From: Octopus bimaculoides
Lineage: Eukaryota
Assembly (NCBI RefSeq): GCF_001194135.2
Contig: NC_069003.1
Location: forward strand, 2,891,458-2,955,457
Length of the DNA: 64,000 nt
Direction: 5' to 3'
The notes under the pieces were generated by a model. It ran no database searches, had not been told where the DNA came from, and saw nothing but the letters and a program-made list of their open reading frames with translations. The position numbers and the translations under genes are program-made. Below, one piece after another: positions 1-11,830 of this stretch (position 1 is its first letter; every line of letters starts with the position of its first letter).

Positions 1-636
1 ATATATATCAATACATATACATTTTGACATACATATGTGTGTGTATGTGTGTGTGAGTATGTTGGAGTGTGCGTGTGTATGTGTGTGTATATATGTATAT
101 ATACATACATACATATACATATGTGCATGCATATATGTGTATATGTGTTAGAATATATATGTTGGTATAAATTTATATATATATATGTCTGTGTGTGTGT
201 GTGCGTGCGTGTGTGAATGTATATATGCATGTATACACATATATATAGTTATATATGTGCATATATACATATAACTGTGTGTGTGTGTGTGTGTGTGCGT
301 GTGTGTGTGTGTGCATTATGTGCTTCTTTGTTTATATATGTTTAATAATCTTACATCTATAGAAATGTCTATTTGATCACTAAGGTGTATAGAAAACTAA
401 ACTACGCCGTATTATCTTCTATCGTATGGCAATAGGCTATGTCAGCGACCTCTCGAAACCTACGACGTATAGTGATGCATATTTCTATTTCTATTTCTAT
501 TTCAGACAAATCCGTCTGAAACACCACAAGGTATCGCTTATCTATCCCTCCCTTACATATTTGCTATTTAGCGTTTGACGCTTTATAAAATTATCTATGC
601 GTGTATTTTGTTATATACATGCATACATACACACGC

Positions 637-669
<33 letters not shown>

Positions 670-1105
670 NNNNNNNNNNNNNNNNNNNNNNNNNNNNNNN
701 NNNNNNNNNNNNNNNNNNNNNNNNNNNNNNNNNNNNNNNNNNNNNNNNNNNNNNNNNNNNNNNNNNNNNNNNNNNNNNNNNNNNNNNNNNNNNNNNNNNN
801 NNTATACATAATTATGTGTATTTCTTCTATCTTAATGAATAAAAATTCTTCTGATAAAATAAATGGGTTAATAGAAACCAATGTAGCAAAGAACACAAAA
901 TAACTGTGGTTAGCTCCTTATTTATATAAATATAACTTTATCAGTGTATTTACTGCGCTGATATTCTGTCCGGATCGCACGAAAGGTTGTTTAGGCGGGC
1001 TATTTAAGCTAGTCGTGTGCATACGTGCATATATATGTGTGTATACGTCCGTATATGTAAGTATACTGTTTATATACATGTATTTCTATTTATGTACTGG
1101 AGTAT

Positions 1106-1167
1106 ATTCCACTGATGAAGGCAGGACATTATTATTTATGCAAAGCCAGAAATCCAGGATTTGGAAT
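1106..1167 (+). ncRNA. Type I minimal hammerhead ribozyme motif
   Basis: Helix I ATTCCA (1106-1111) / TGGAAT (1162-1167); core CTGATGA (1112-1118); helix II GGC/GCC with an A.A closing mismatch and 22-nt loop; GAAA (1149-1152); helix III TCC-A-GGA; cleavage triplet AUU. Confidence 0.7.
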
Positions 1168-1307
1168 TATCTTATTTTTACTGGTTCATTTGGTCTTCGT
1201 CTTCGCTAATCATGCCATGCGGACATTTATTGTGGTTTTAGAGTCAGGATTTGACTGCTATTTTTTCAGCGTGGTGGTATCTCTTGATACCCTGTATTAT
1301 AATTTTA

Positions 1308-1345
<38 letters not shown>

Positions 1346-1349
<4 letters not shown>

Positions 1350-1460
1350 AGAATTCACAAAAAAGCAAACGATGGAGTAAGGTGGTGTAGAAAACAAACG
1401 GATGTATTAGTATAACGCTCGCGAATTGAAAATGTATTTAACGTTTCGAACCTACTAAAC
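1346..1460 (-). mobile_element. Family D small repeat fragment starting with the 3' half of a hammerhead
   Basis: Minus strand reads GTAGGTTC-GAAACG-TT-AAATAC...GAGCGTTATACTAATAC; homologous to 48687-48800 (+) and 7380-7510 (-). Confidence 0.55.
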
Positions 1461-1811
1461 TAGTTTTCGAATTTGTGTGCATATATATATAAATATAACC
1501 CTCACCGAAAGCTGAACAGTTATCTCCCTTCCCCCACAATAATAACAATAACGAATTACCTTCTCTTAGTTTTTCTACTGTTTGTATCAGTCACTCAATA
1601 ATATCACACACACACATGGACCCAAACATTTCTTCTGAAGAAATACGTATTTAAATAATTAAATTTCAATGTCATGAATAGCGAAAGCAAAACCGGTCAA
1701 TATATTAAAAATTATATTAAAACCATGTAAAATATGTGCTTTTTCCTTCTTTAATTTCTGTCTATATATCTATCTATCTATCTATCTATCTATTTATGTA
1801 TCTATCTATCT

Positions 1812-2210
1812 AGCAGGAGGAGTGTCTGTGTGGTAAGTAACTTGCTTCCCAACCACATGGTTCCGGGTTCAATCCCACTGTCCTTGGTCAGGCCTCTCCT
1901 ACTGTAGCCTCCTCTCTTTTTCTTCCCCTCCCTCTTTCACCATGTATGAGTGGATTTCGTCGACGGAAACTGAAAGAAGCTTGTCGTATGTATATATGTG
2001 TATGTTTGTGAATCTGCGTTTGTTCCCCCACCATCGCTTGACAGCCGATGTTGGTATGTTTACTTCCCTGTAACGTAGCTGTTCGTTATGACTGGCCGAT
2101 AGAATGAGTACTGGGCTAAGAAAGAATAAGTCCTGGAGTCGATTTCTTCGTCTAACAGGAAGTGCTTCAGCATGGCCTCACTAACGTGACTGACACAAAT
2201 AAAAGAATAA
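1812..2210 (+). mobile_element. SINE family A, near full length (tRNA head, CORE-like segment, CA/TA spacer, 3' domain)
   Basis: Head GGAGTGTCTGTGTGGTAAG...GGTTCCGGGTTCAATCCC has A/B-box-like motifs; GACGGAAACTGAAAGAAGC and the 3' end TGACTGACACAAATAAAAGAATAA recur in many copies in the window. Resembles the octopus tRNA-derived OR/OK SINE classes; exact family not assigned. Confidence 0.85.
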
Positions 2211-2229
2211 AGGAATATTTATGATGTTT

Positions 2230-2370
2230 TCCCAGACAGTTTCTGCCTACCGAATCACACACAAGACATTAACCAGCCAAGGGTTATAGTACTCAAAGTT
2301 TTAAGGAATGGGACTGGAGTCGAAGCCACTTCGTTGCAAAACTAACGTTTAACCCCGCAGCCACGCACAT
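2230..2370 (-). mobile_element. SINE family A, degenerate 5' half
   Basis: Reverse-strand similarity to the head of 1812-2210. Confidence 0.55.
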
Positions 2371-2849
2371 TTGTATTTGGAATATTTAATGATTAGCTCT
2401 CTGTTTCGCGGGAGAATTTATTTGCAGTATGGAGTAACAAATATTCAATGGGTAATACTGGGTTTGACTATTATTCTAGAAGTTTCTGAAATTAACAGTT
2501 CGATGCCTTAATGACCGTGTGGGAGTAGTATTGTCGAATTCCATGTGAAATATTTGAATATCACACTATTTCTTTTATAAATTATTTCTTTTATGTTCGA
2601 GTCGCTATTTATCTGACGCAATAAAAAGAACAAAAAAAAGAAGGAATCCTACGGTTTGTCTACGCTGCCTATGGAATAACTTTTCTCCTGTTATACGTGA
2701 TCGGAAGTATATCATTATAAATATTATTAGAGAGCATTTCTAATCAAAAGCGATGATTACTGACATTCGACAATGTTCGCTTCTGAGTAACAGATGATGT
2801 TGGTCCTGTTTTTCGGAACATGCAAATTCCGTTTGAACATACACCTTTC

Positions 2850-3340
2850 TGTTTACTAATTCAGCAAATGCTATTTCGAAGGGAGAATTATCAAACAAGC
2901 GGGAATCCCCGTCGGCCATACGTTCGCATTTCTGATTTAATGACCAGGCGAAAAATTTGATGTTCCAGAAATTACTATGTCGTTAAATCAAGTTCTTTGT
3001 GCCATGGGACAGAAAATACTATTTCTTTCATCTTTAGAATTTTATCCCTACTTGAATTACGTTTAATCGAAGCATGTCGGTTTCCATTGATGATATTATT
3101 GGCACGGTCTCTTGGAATAATAATTCCAGATTGAACACACAACCTGATTTCAATATATGAGCTTCGTTTGAACACGCAAACTTTAAACGCAGAAGTATTC
3201 TGAATTATGCAAACCTTCGCTTCGATTGTTTTATATCTAAGGATTCCTTTCGAAATTATAGAACTGCATCTAAGTATTCCTCCACCATAGACTTCCAGAA
3301 CAATTATTCCATGACTAAACGACTGCAATGAGACAATCTG
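2850..3340 (+). pseudogene. Penelope-like element reverse transcriptase relic (frameshifted)
   Basis: Motifs in the expected order across frames: CYFEGRIIKQAGIPVG (cf. F.GK.Y.Q..GIPMG), CRF-IDDII at 3075-3100 (cf. RY/FIDD), IYELRL, and FEIIELHLSIP at 3249-3281 (cf. F.IVNFPHLSSNIP). Confidence 0.5.
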
Positions 3341-3364
3341 CCTACAGAACGGTGTGAAATTCCT

Positions 3365-3677
3365 CACATGCTATTCTGCTGCATCTGTGGCACCCACCTT
3401 GGGCATGTATTTTCTAAGTGGATTTGGCATATGGAAACTGAAAGAATCCCTTCATGTGTGTGCATGTGTTTCTGTCCTTGTGTCTGTGTTTGTCACCCAC
3501 TCCACCGTCGACGGTGTTAGTTTGTTTCTGCCTCCGTAACTTCGCGGCTCAGAAAAACAGACACATAATAAATAACCGGGCGGTAGAAAAAAAAAAAAAA
3601 AGAGACTGAAATCGACTGTTCCAGTGGTGCTCCAGCATAGGATCAGACAAATGACTGAAACAAGTAAAAGATAAAGG
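3365..3677 (+). mobile_element. SINE family A copy inserted into the Penelope-like relic
   Basis: CACCTTGGGCA, GGAAACTGAAAGAA, CGTAACTTCGCGG and TGACTGAAACAAGTAAAAGATAA match family A. Confidence 0.75.
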
Positions 3678-3679
3678 GT

Positions 3680-3900
3680 AAATGCGAATATCGCTTTAAT
3701 TTCCTTACGCTGGACCCATCCAAGCTGCTGTAAAGACCTCTCAAGTATTTCATTGTGAATATACACGGTAGAAGGCATGTTATTAAGGTTTATTGGCTGC
3801 AGCAAGATTACATTGAGAACCACCTGCCATCTACCAATGTTCGTAGAATTATCGCTACACCCAATATTTTGAACCTCAACTAACCTTACATCAGATAACA
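3680..3900 (+). pseudogene. Penelope-like element linker / GIY-YIG endonuclease relic
   Basis: PYAGPI (cf. LPY.G), then with frameshifts FIGCS / DYI(G)RTTCHL (cf. C.GC...YIG.T.RHL). Confidence 0.4.
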
Positions 3901-4477
3901 CACTCTTTTCTTCGATAAAAAAATCCCCGAACGACATGTTCATTAGTCTATTAGAATTGGTAATTACTAATTACGCAACGAAAGATTATCTTAACTATCG
4001 ATTATCATTCCCTTCGCGCAAAGCAATCTAGGAAGTAGCTGTTGGAGTCGATTTTCCATTTGGCGAAAATTGAACATCAAAATTGTTTAACACGAGTTAG
4101 CCGACTTTGCACACCATATGACTATTTTTAGCCAATAACCTATTTATACTTATTTCAGGCCACATAATTGAAAAATTATTATCGTAGATTTGTAATTTTT
4201 TCTTTGGTGGAGATTAGGAACCGTATACCAATTATACATTACTCATATAGCTTATGAATTCTTCGAACATCTTGTACATGGGGTATTTTATTATCTAAAT
4301 CGTTCTGTGTACGGGCGCCATATATTTTGAGCAGTTATTTTTATATCGTCCTAAACAGGAACATGCGGTTAGTTTCTCATTAAGGCTTTTTTCCATTTAT
4401 TCTCGGAAAAGAAAACTACGGTTGGTTTCTTACAACTCCTTGATGGCGCAACATAGCTGATTATTTATGATAGGGAT

Positions 4478-4626
4478 AAAGCGGCAAACTGGCACAATCG
4501 TTAGCACGACGGACAAAATGCTTCGTGGCATTTCGTCCGGCTTTATGTTCTGTGTTTAAATTCCGTCGAGGTCCACTTTGCCTTTCATCCTTTCTGGAGT
4601 CAATAAATTAAGTACTAGCTGCGTAC
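4478..4626 (+). mobile_element. SINE family B (tRNA-like head)
   Basis: CTGGCACAATCGTTAGCAC...TGTTCTGTGTTTAAATTCCGTCGAGGTC...TTTGCCTTTCATCCTTTC. Confidence 0.8.
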
Positions 4627-4659
4627 TGCCCCCTCCTACACCCAAAATTTCGGGCCTTG

Positions 4660-4860
4660 TACCTAGAGCAGAAACGAATCGTTACCACGACATGCCAAAT
4701 GCTTCGGGGCCCATTTCATCCGTCCTTATGTTCTGAGTTTAAATTCCACCGAGGTCGAATTTTTTTCGTCATTACGGGGTCGATAAAATATGTACCAGTC
4801 GTGCACTGGAGTCGACTTTTCTCCTTCCAAGTACAGCTGGCCTTGCGCCAAAATGTCAAG
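4660..4860 (+). mobile_element. SINE family B
   Basis: GAATCGTTACCACG...GTTCTGAGTTTAAATTCCACCGAGGTCGA...GGGGTCGATAAAA. Confidence 0.8.
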
Positions 4861-4939
4861 CCTATATAAAGTAGAGATAAACAAGGAAGGGTGTATGACT
4901 TTAGTTAGTGCACACTACTCTGTAAGGAGATTAGGGCCG

Positions 4940-5035
4940 TATAAATGGCAAAGGTCAGGCGTCCGCTGAATTTGAACTCAAAACATAAAGTAGGTGACAG
5001 AAATATCTTAGGAAGTTTGTTCGACGCTCTGGAAT
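4940..5035 (-). mobile_element. SINE family B fragment
   Basis: GAATTTGAACTCAAAACATAAAG is the reverse complement of the family B box. Confidence 0.6.
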
Positions 5036-5214
5036 TTATACAAACTCTTCTAGTCTAGTCTCGTACTTTGTTTTTCTGATTTTGACCCTGAAGCAGGACA
5101 GGCAACGTTGACTTCGGCTGGATTTGAAATGAAAATGCAAAGAATTTGTCTGATGGTCTGATGATTCTGACAGTTGAAAACCTTGGGCCTTTTGATATTA
5201 TAATGATCCCTAAG

Positions 5215-5428
5215 GGAGCACCTTAGCAGAATCGTTAGCACACCGAGCAAAATGCTTCGTATTACTTCGTCCGTCCTTACGTTCGAGTTCAAATTCCGAT
5301 GAGGTCACCTTTGTCTTTCATCCTTTCGGGGTCGATATAATAAGTACCAACTTAGCACTGGGATCGATGTGATCAACCTTCTAACTAGCGCGAAATTCCT
5401 AGATTTTTGCCCAAATTTGAAATCGATA

Positions 5429-5481
<53 letters not shown>

Positions 5482-5510
5482 GTTGTTGTTGTTGTTGTTG
5501 TTGTTGTTAT
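5215..5510 (+). mobile_element. SINE family B, near full length, with (ATT)n/(GTT)n tail
   Basis: GCAGAATCGTTAGCACACCG...GAGTTCAAATTCCG...GGGGTCGATA...AAATTTGAAATCGATATT followed directly by (ATT)n at about 5430-5510. Confidence 0.85.
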
Positions 5511-5814
5511 CACCAAATGAAGCCAACAGATATAGAACAACAGCGGCGACAGGAGCGATAGTAGAAGCAGTACCGCCCCACCACCACCACTGCCACCGTC
5601 ACCGTCCCCGGCAAGCTTCCCAATAGTAAAAAGCAGAGACGCTGGCGGGTCTCGAACCACTTGTGTATCGATTGAAGTTTAACCAGGTTTATGTCTGGAA
5701 TTGATTATTATAATATATTGTTAAGAGTGCAATCATTAAGTGCTAATTAAATCATTTGGATATGGTTATAGGGGAGGGGAAGAAGAAGACGACAAAATAA
5801 AGAAGAAACAATAA

Positions 5815-6110
5815 GCACTAGTAGTAGTTGTAGTAGTAGTAGTAGTAGTAGTAGATGTAGCTGCAGCAGAAGGAAAGCAACAGTATTTGAGGCATAAGAA
5901 GAGCAACAGCAACAACAATTAAGAAGAAGTCGTAGGGGGGGGGGAAGAAGTAAGAGAAGAATGATGATAATTTCAAGTCTAGTGGGGGGGGGGCGTATTG
6001 AGAAAAGACAGAAACGGAAATTGCACGAAAGTGAAAAAGACACAGAGGAGGAGGAGAAGGATGAGGAGACCAAGAAGAAGAAGAAGAAGAAGAAGAAGAA
6101 GAAGAAGAAG

Positions 6111-6142
<32 letters not shown>

Positions 6143-6330
6143 GAGGAAAGAAGAAGAAGAAGAAGAGGAAGAAGAAAAAAAAAGAAGGGGAAGAAGAAAA
6201 AGAAAAAAATAGAAGTGGAAGAAGAAGAAGAAGAAGAAGAAGAAGAAGAAGAAGAAGAAGATAAAAGTAGAAGTAAAAAGAAGAAGGAAGAAGAAGAAGA
6301 AGAGTAGAGAAGAGGAATAAGAACAGTAGA

Positions 6331-6384
<54 letters not shown>

Positions 6385-6392
6385 TGATGACG

Positions 6393-6476
<84 letters not shown>

Positions 6477-6490
6477 AGAAGAATGAAAAA
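5815..6490. repeat. Compound trinucleotide microsatellite (TAG)n/(AAG)n/(AAT)n
   Basis: Direct reading; explains the poly-L/I/F/K/R ORFs in the track. Confidence 0.95.
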
Positions 6491-6977
6491 GAGTAAATGA
6501 CTAACGTTGATAAAAAAATAAACTGCTTTAGTGGGATTCTTCTTTAGAATTTGGTATTTTAAATACATAAATAATTAAATAGATAAATATATATAAAAAA
6601 AAACGAAATAATTCCACAATTGTCTTTTGTGAAAAACTACTTGGAAAGAATCAATGTTGGGAAATAAATTATGTGTATTCTTTGGAAGAAAAACCAAAAG
6701 ATAAAACACTCGGAATTTTGGAACAATTAAATATCTAAAAATTTAATTAGACAAAGGTAAGAAAGATATTAAAAACAACCAAAAAAAAAAAAACCACGTG
6801 AAGTAGTTCAATTTATTTTTTGATAATTCATTTATTGAATTTTCCATTATTAATGATCGTTGGAAATTTACGAACCATATATTTTTTTGTTTTAGTTCTT
6901 GTATTGAGTTGATTATTAATATCATAAAATTGATTCTATATGATTGACTCCGTATATGTATGTGAGCGTTTACCTAG

Positions 6978-7009
<32 letters not shown>

Positions 7010-7314
7010 AGTGCATAAATAGCGCATATATATATGTGTGTGAGCCTGCACGCAGAGGAGAGTGCGTGTTATCTTAGGTTTGAGGTGAGGAAAATGATTT
7101 AAAATATTTGGCAAAGCAGGTCATTAAATGAACAGAAGAAGACGAGAGAAAGAGAGGGATGCTAAATAATTTCGTTTCTGTACGCATTTATCGTCATCAT
7201 TCATTTTGTCATTCACAGACTTACTTTCTCTGAATATTTAATAAAGTAACTAAATATATGGGCGTAAATATGTGTGTGTTTGCCTTTGATTGTATGTAAT
7301 TGTACTTATATGTG

Positions 7315-7370
<56 letters not shown>

Positions 7371-7379
7371 GTAAATCTA

Positions 7380-7560
7380 TCCCCCAAAGCGAAGAACAAA
7401 TACGAAAAAACAACAACGTGAGGACGTGTTACATGTAGAGTATTAGCAGACACTCAGGGAAAGAAAGAAAAGTGGTTTTATGTTTCAGGCAAAGCTCTTC
7501 TTCAGAAACAGAGGAAAGTCAAAGAGAAATGGAAGACGGAGGAAAAAAAATCGCCAAAGA
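7380..7560 (-). mobile_element. Family D small repeat carrying a full hammerhead motif
   Basis: Downstream ACTTTTCT...CTGAGTGT...CTAATAC aligns with 48710-48745; contains the motif at 7475-7509. Confidence 0.6.
7475..7509 (-). ncRNA. Type I minimal hammerhead ribozyme motif (probably CpG-decayed helix III)
   Basis: GTTT-CTGAAGA-AGAGCTTTGCCT-GAAA-CA-TA-AAAC: helix I GTTT/AAAC; helix III CA where the related copies have CG. Confidence 0.6.
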
Positions 7561-7724
7561 TTCACATGTGGTTACATTGTGCAATAACCGGATGGAATGA
7601 ATAAAGAAAAAGTTCTTTCTAAAGCAGGAGAGTGCAGGAGAAGGGGTATATCTGTGTATGTGTAGGTATGAGCGTGCGCACAAGTTTGTATATCTATCTA
7701 TATATATATATATATATATATAAG

Positions 7725-7895
7725 GAATTAAGTCGAGTACATTGACCCCAGTACTCAACTGGTACTTAATTTATCGGCACTAAAAGGATGAAAGGCGAAG
7801 TGGACCTCGACAGAATTTGAACTCAGGATGCAAAGACAATGAAAACGCCGCTATTTTGCCACGTCTGCTAACGATTCTGCCAACTTAGCACCTTG
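7725..7895 (-). mobile_element. SINE family B
   Basis: GGATGAAAGGCGAAGTGGACCTCGACAGAATTTGAACTCAG...CTAACGATTCTGCCAAC on the plus strand. Confidence 0.85.
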
Positions 7896-7919
7896 CATTT
7901 TTATTTTTAATCTTAATAT

Positions 7920-8135
7920 TACTTTCGAATTTTTGCACAAGGCCAGCAATTTACGAGCATGGATACGTGGACTACATCAACCATGTCGGTCAACTAGTAC
8001 TTTATTTTATCGTCCCCGAAAATTTGAAAGACAAGGTGAACCTCGGCAGAATTTGAACTCAGAACGTAAAAACGGATGAAAAGGCGTTAATCATTTCGCT
8101 CGGTGTACTAACGATTCTGACACCACACCGCCTTT
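7920..8135 (-). mobile_element. SINE family B (tandem with the previous copy)
   Basis: CAAGGCCAGCAATTT...CCTCGGCAGAATTTGAACTCAGAACGTAAA...CTAACGATTCTG. Confidence 0.85.
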
Positions 8136-9312
8136 TATTGTTCTGATTCTTAACGTTCAGAACAGTAAAAGAACAATGTGTCCAGGTAAATGGCACACTC
8201 ATGGCTAGAGTAGCTGGCTATGAGACCACTTGCGATAAAAGAACTTCTTCAGTAACTGTTTTTGAAGCTGCGATAACAAGAATATTATGAGAGAACTGTC
8301 GAAAGAATATGGACACTTGAAAGTTATTCCTAATGAAATGTTTCAAGATAAGATTGACCAATTCTCAAGACTAAGTCTCAAAGACAGAATATATTTAACT
8401 AGTTTTGATAAGAGTCTTACAATGTTGATATTGACGGTGATTAATATGACTGGCGTGTCGAAGAAATTGAGAATGGCAGTATCAGAATCACATATTCTTG
8501 CTTACGCAGAGACGTACATAAATGCATGGACACATACTGCCAGAAAGACAAGCACATTATTGTAGTTACATAATACTTAGACACCTCTATACACACAAAC
8601 ACGCACGTACGCATTGAGAAATCATACATATATATGTACAGAAATACACACACATACAAACATAAACATTTACGCACGCAGACTTGGATTTGTAACTAAC
8701 AGGTGTAATATATATACATGTCTCAAGAATCTAGGTACCTCAAATTCTGAAGACGCATTATATTACAAGACGCATTTTAACGGGTAGCGCCTGGGAGAAA
8801 TTTTGAAAAGGTATAGAATAAATAGAAGAGAAGAAAATAGTGCGACCTTTCCTAACGGCCCTCAATGTTTGTCTTCGTCGATTGTTTACTGTGTACACCC
8901 ACTCTGCTGCTGTTTGTTCCTTCGAAGCCCAAACTCTCCATAAATTTTATATTTAGAAAATTTCAGGATGCTGCTATTTTATGAAGGTTTCCTATCTTGT
9001 CGTTCAAAGCTCGACGTAGAGTATAATTAAAAGTCGACAAATGAGATGTTAGACGTCTTTTGTTTTTTTGCCCCATACTTGTTTCTCGTGATGTGCTTAC
9101 GTACGTTTCACTTGTTGGTGATGTTCTGTACCTATTGCGTATGTTTTAGTATTTTGTCCTGTACTTATCTCTTGTATGTTTACGTATTCTCTACGTGATG
9201 GTAATGTCCTGTACTTCCTGTATTTCGAGCATTAAACAATAAGATGCATTTTCGACATAACAGTTGCTCCCGAAAAGCAAATTTAATGAAATATAAAGAC
9301 ACGCATACATAA

Positions 9313-9354
<42 letters not shown>

Positions 9355-9798
9355 ACATAGACACATACATATATATATATATGAAAATGGCTTGATTCAA
9401 ATAAGTAAGTATTGTCACATTGTTAGTGAGTTGATTGAATTCTGTATCGAACAAAGTTTTGGAAAATCTGAAGGCAAATCATTCATACACACGCCCTACG
9501 GTACATACACATACAGGCATGAGCCTCTCTGTGTGTGTGTGTGTGTGTGTGTGCGTGTGTGTGCGTGTGCTTATGTGTGTGTGTGTGTGTGTGTGTGGTC
9601 GTGTGTATAGACAGTCATTCATACGTAATGTCTATACGATTATATTCAACCATGAATATCTACGCACATACATACACGTACATATAAATAAATAATATAA
9701 ATATATATATATATATGTATGTATGTATGTATATACGTATTTATACATATACACATATATACATGCATATAAGTATATAGATAAATATATATACATAG

Positions 9799-9831
<33 letters not shown>

Positions 9832-9984
9832 TGCGCATACATGTATATATATAAACATATATATATGTATATATATATGTATGTATATATGTATATATGT
9901 ATATATGTATATATGTATACATATATATACATATATATATGTATATATGTATATATGTATTTATATATATATATATGCATATAA

Positions 9985-10015
<31 letters not shown>

Positions 10016-11230
10016 NNNNNNNNNNNNNNNNNNNNNNNNNNNNNNNNNNNNNNNNNNNNNNNNNNNNNNNNNNNNNNNNNNNNNNNNNNNNNNNNNNNNN
10101 NNNNNNNNNNNNNNNNNNNNNNNNNNNNNNNNNNNNNNNNNNNNNNNNNNNNNNNNNNNNNNNNNNNNNNNNNNNNNNNNNNNNNNNNNNNNNNNNNNNN
10201 NNNNNNNNNNNNNNNNNNNNNNNNNNNNNNNNNNNNNNNNNNNNNNNNNNNNNNNNNNNNNNNNNNNNNNNNNNNNNNNNNNNNNNNNNNNNNNNNNNNN
10301 NNNNNNNNNNNNNNNNNNNNNNNNNNNNNNNNNNNNNNNNNNNNNNNNNNNNNNNNNNNNNNNNNNNNNNNNNNNNNNNNNNNNNNNNNNNNNNNNNNNN
10401 NNNNNNNNNNNNNNNNNNNNNNNNNNNNNNNNNNNNNNNNNNNNNNNNNNNNNNNNNNNNNNNNNNNNNNNNNNNNNNNNNNNNNNNNNNNNNNNNNNNN
10501 NNNNNNNNNNNNNNNNNNNNNNNNNNNNNNNNNNNNNNNNNNNNNNNNNNNNNNNNNNNNNNNNNNNNNNNNNNNNNNNNNNNNNNNNNNNNNNNNNNNN
10601 NNNNNNNNNNNNNNNNNNNNNNNNNNNNNNNNNNNNNNNNNNNNNNNNNNNNNNNNNNNNNNNNNNNNNNNNNNNNNNNNNNNNNNNNNNNNNNNNNNNN
10701 NNNNNNNNNNNNNNNNNNNNNNNNNNNNNNNNNNNNNNNNNNNNNNNNNNNNNNNNNNNNNNNNNNNNNNNNNNNNNNNNNNNNNNNNNNNNNNNNNNNN
10801 NNNNNNNNNNNNNNNNNNNNNNNNNNNNNNNNNNNNNNNNNNNNNNNNNNNNNNNNNNNNNNNNNNNNNNNNNNNNNNNNNNNNNNNNNNNNNNNNNNNN
10901 NNNNNNNNNNNNNNNNNNNNNNNNNNNNNNNNNNNNNNNNNNNNNNNNNNNNNNNNNNNNNNNNNNAGGAATATATTATTTTGCTTAAAAGAGTTCCAAC
11001 ACTGTCTGTTTTTTATGTTTTATTTATATTCCTGCAGAACTAATGTGGGGTATAGAATATGGAATATACAATATATAATATGATATACAATATACAATAT
11101 AAAATAAAATAAAATAAAAATGGATGGCACCATGAAAGAAAGTATTGAATGTAGATGAAATATTGAGTGTTCAATATAAAGGATCAAATATATAAATATA
11201 TAAATATAAATATAAATATATATATATAAA

Positions 11231-11270
11231 GGCGACTCGAGTTTCAGGGCTATTTCCCTTCGTCATGGCC
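11231..11270 (-). ncRNA. Type I minimal hammerhead ribozyme motif (one extra nt in core)
   Basis: GGC-C(A)TGACGA-AGGG-AAATAG-CCCT-GAAA-CTCGAG-TC-GCC: helix I GGC/GCC, helix II AGGG/CCCT, palindromic helix III CTCGAG, GUC triplet. Confidence 0.7.
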
Positions 11271-11316
11271 GGTATGACAGACTTTAACAGACTGGTATGA
11301 CAGACTTTAACAGACT
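11271..11316. repeat. Perfect 23-bp tandem duplication next to the hammerhead
   Basis: GGTATGACAGACTTTAACAGACT x2. Confidence 0.9.
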
Positions 11317-11774
11317 GTATATATATATATATATGTATGTACGTACATTCAAGTATATATGTTTAAGGAGTAAGGAAAAGAGAGAATAAAGTAAAGTAAT
11401 AGAAATAGAGAGAGAAAGAAGGCTGGATAAATGGATAGAATGAAAGAGATTGAAAGGAATAATTATAATGAAGCAACCAAAGAAGAAATGGAAGAAATGG
11501 ACAAAACGGTGAAAGAGTCGTAGGAAAGAAAGAAGGACAATAGAAGACTGAAATATAAGGGACATAGAATGAAATGAAGGGAGAAGAACAGACAATGGTG
11601 AAAGAGATTTTGAATTTGAGATGTAAAACGAACGAAAGTGAAAAGTTATGAAGGCAGATCAGAAGAATATAGTAATGAAGGAAGGAAGACAAATGTTTGA
11701 GACACTGAAAGAAAGCAAGTGACGATGAATGAAATTAGAAATAATAAGTTCAAAAACATAAAAGTGATGGAAAG

Positions 11775-11830
11775 CAAATTTTACCTGTGCGAAAATTGAA
11801 CTCAGAGCGCAAAAAGAGACGAAATGCTGC
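11775..11830 (-). mobile_element. SINE family B fragment
   Basis: AAATTGAACTCAGAGCGCAAAAAGAGACGAAATGCTGCTAA. Confidence 0.55.

Noticed and set aside
500-536. Plus-strand 25-nt micro-exon candidate (tttcag|...AAG|gtatcg) and 8-bp hairpin TTTCAGAC/GTCTGAAA
   Set aside because: The acceptor comes from an (ATTTCT)n run, the donor is weak, and there is no supported partner exon.
1630-1670. CTGAAGA followed by an AATA/TATT hairpin
   Set aside because: No GAAA, cleavage triplet or helix I.
3452-3943. 163-aa minus-strand ORF with an apparent exon at 3710-3796
   Set aside because: Half of it is SINE sequence, and the rest is better explained as the antisense of the Penelope-like relic.
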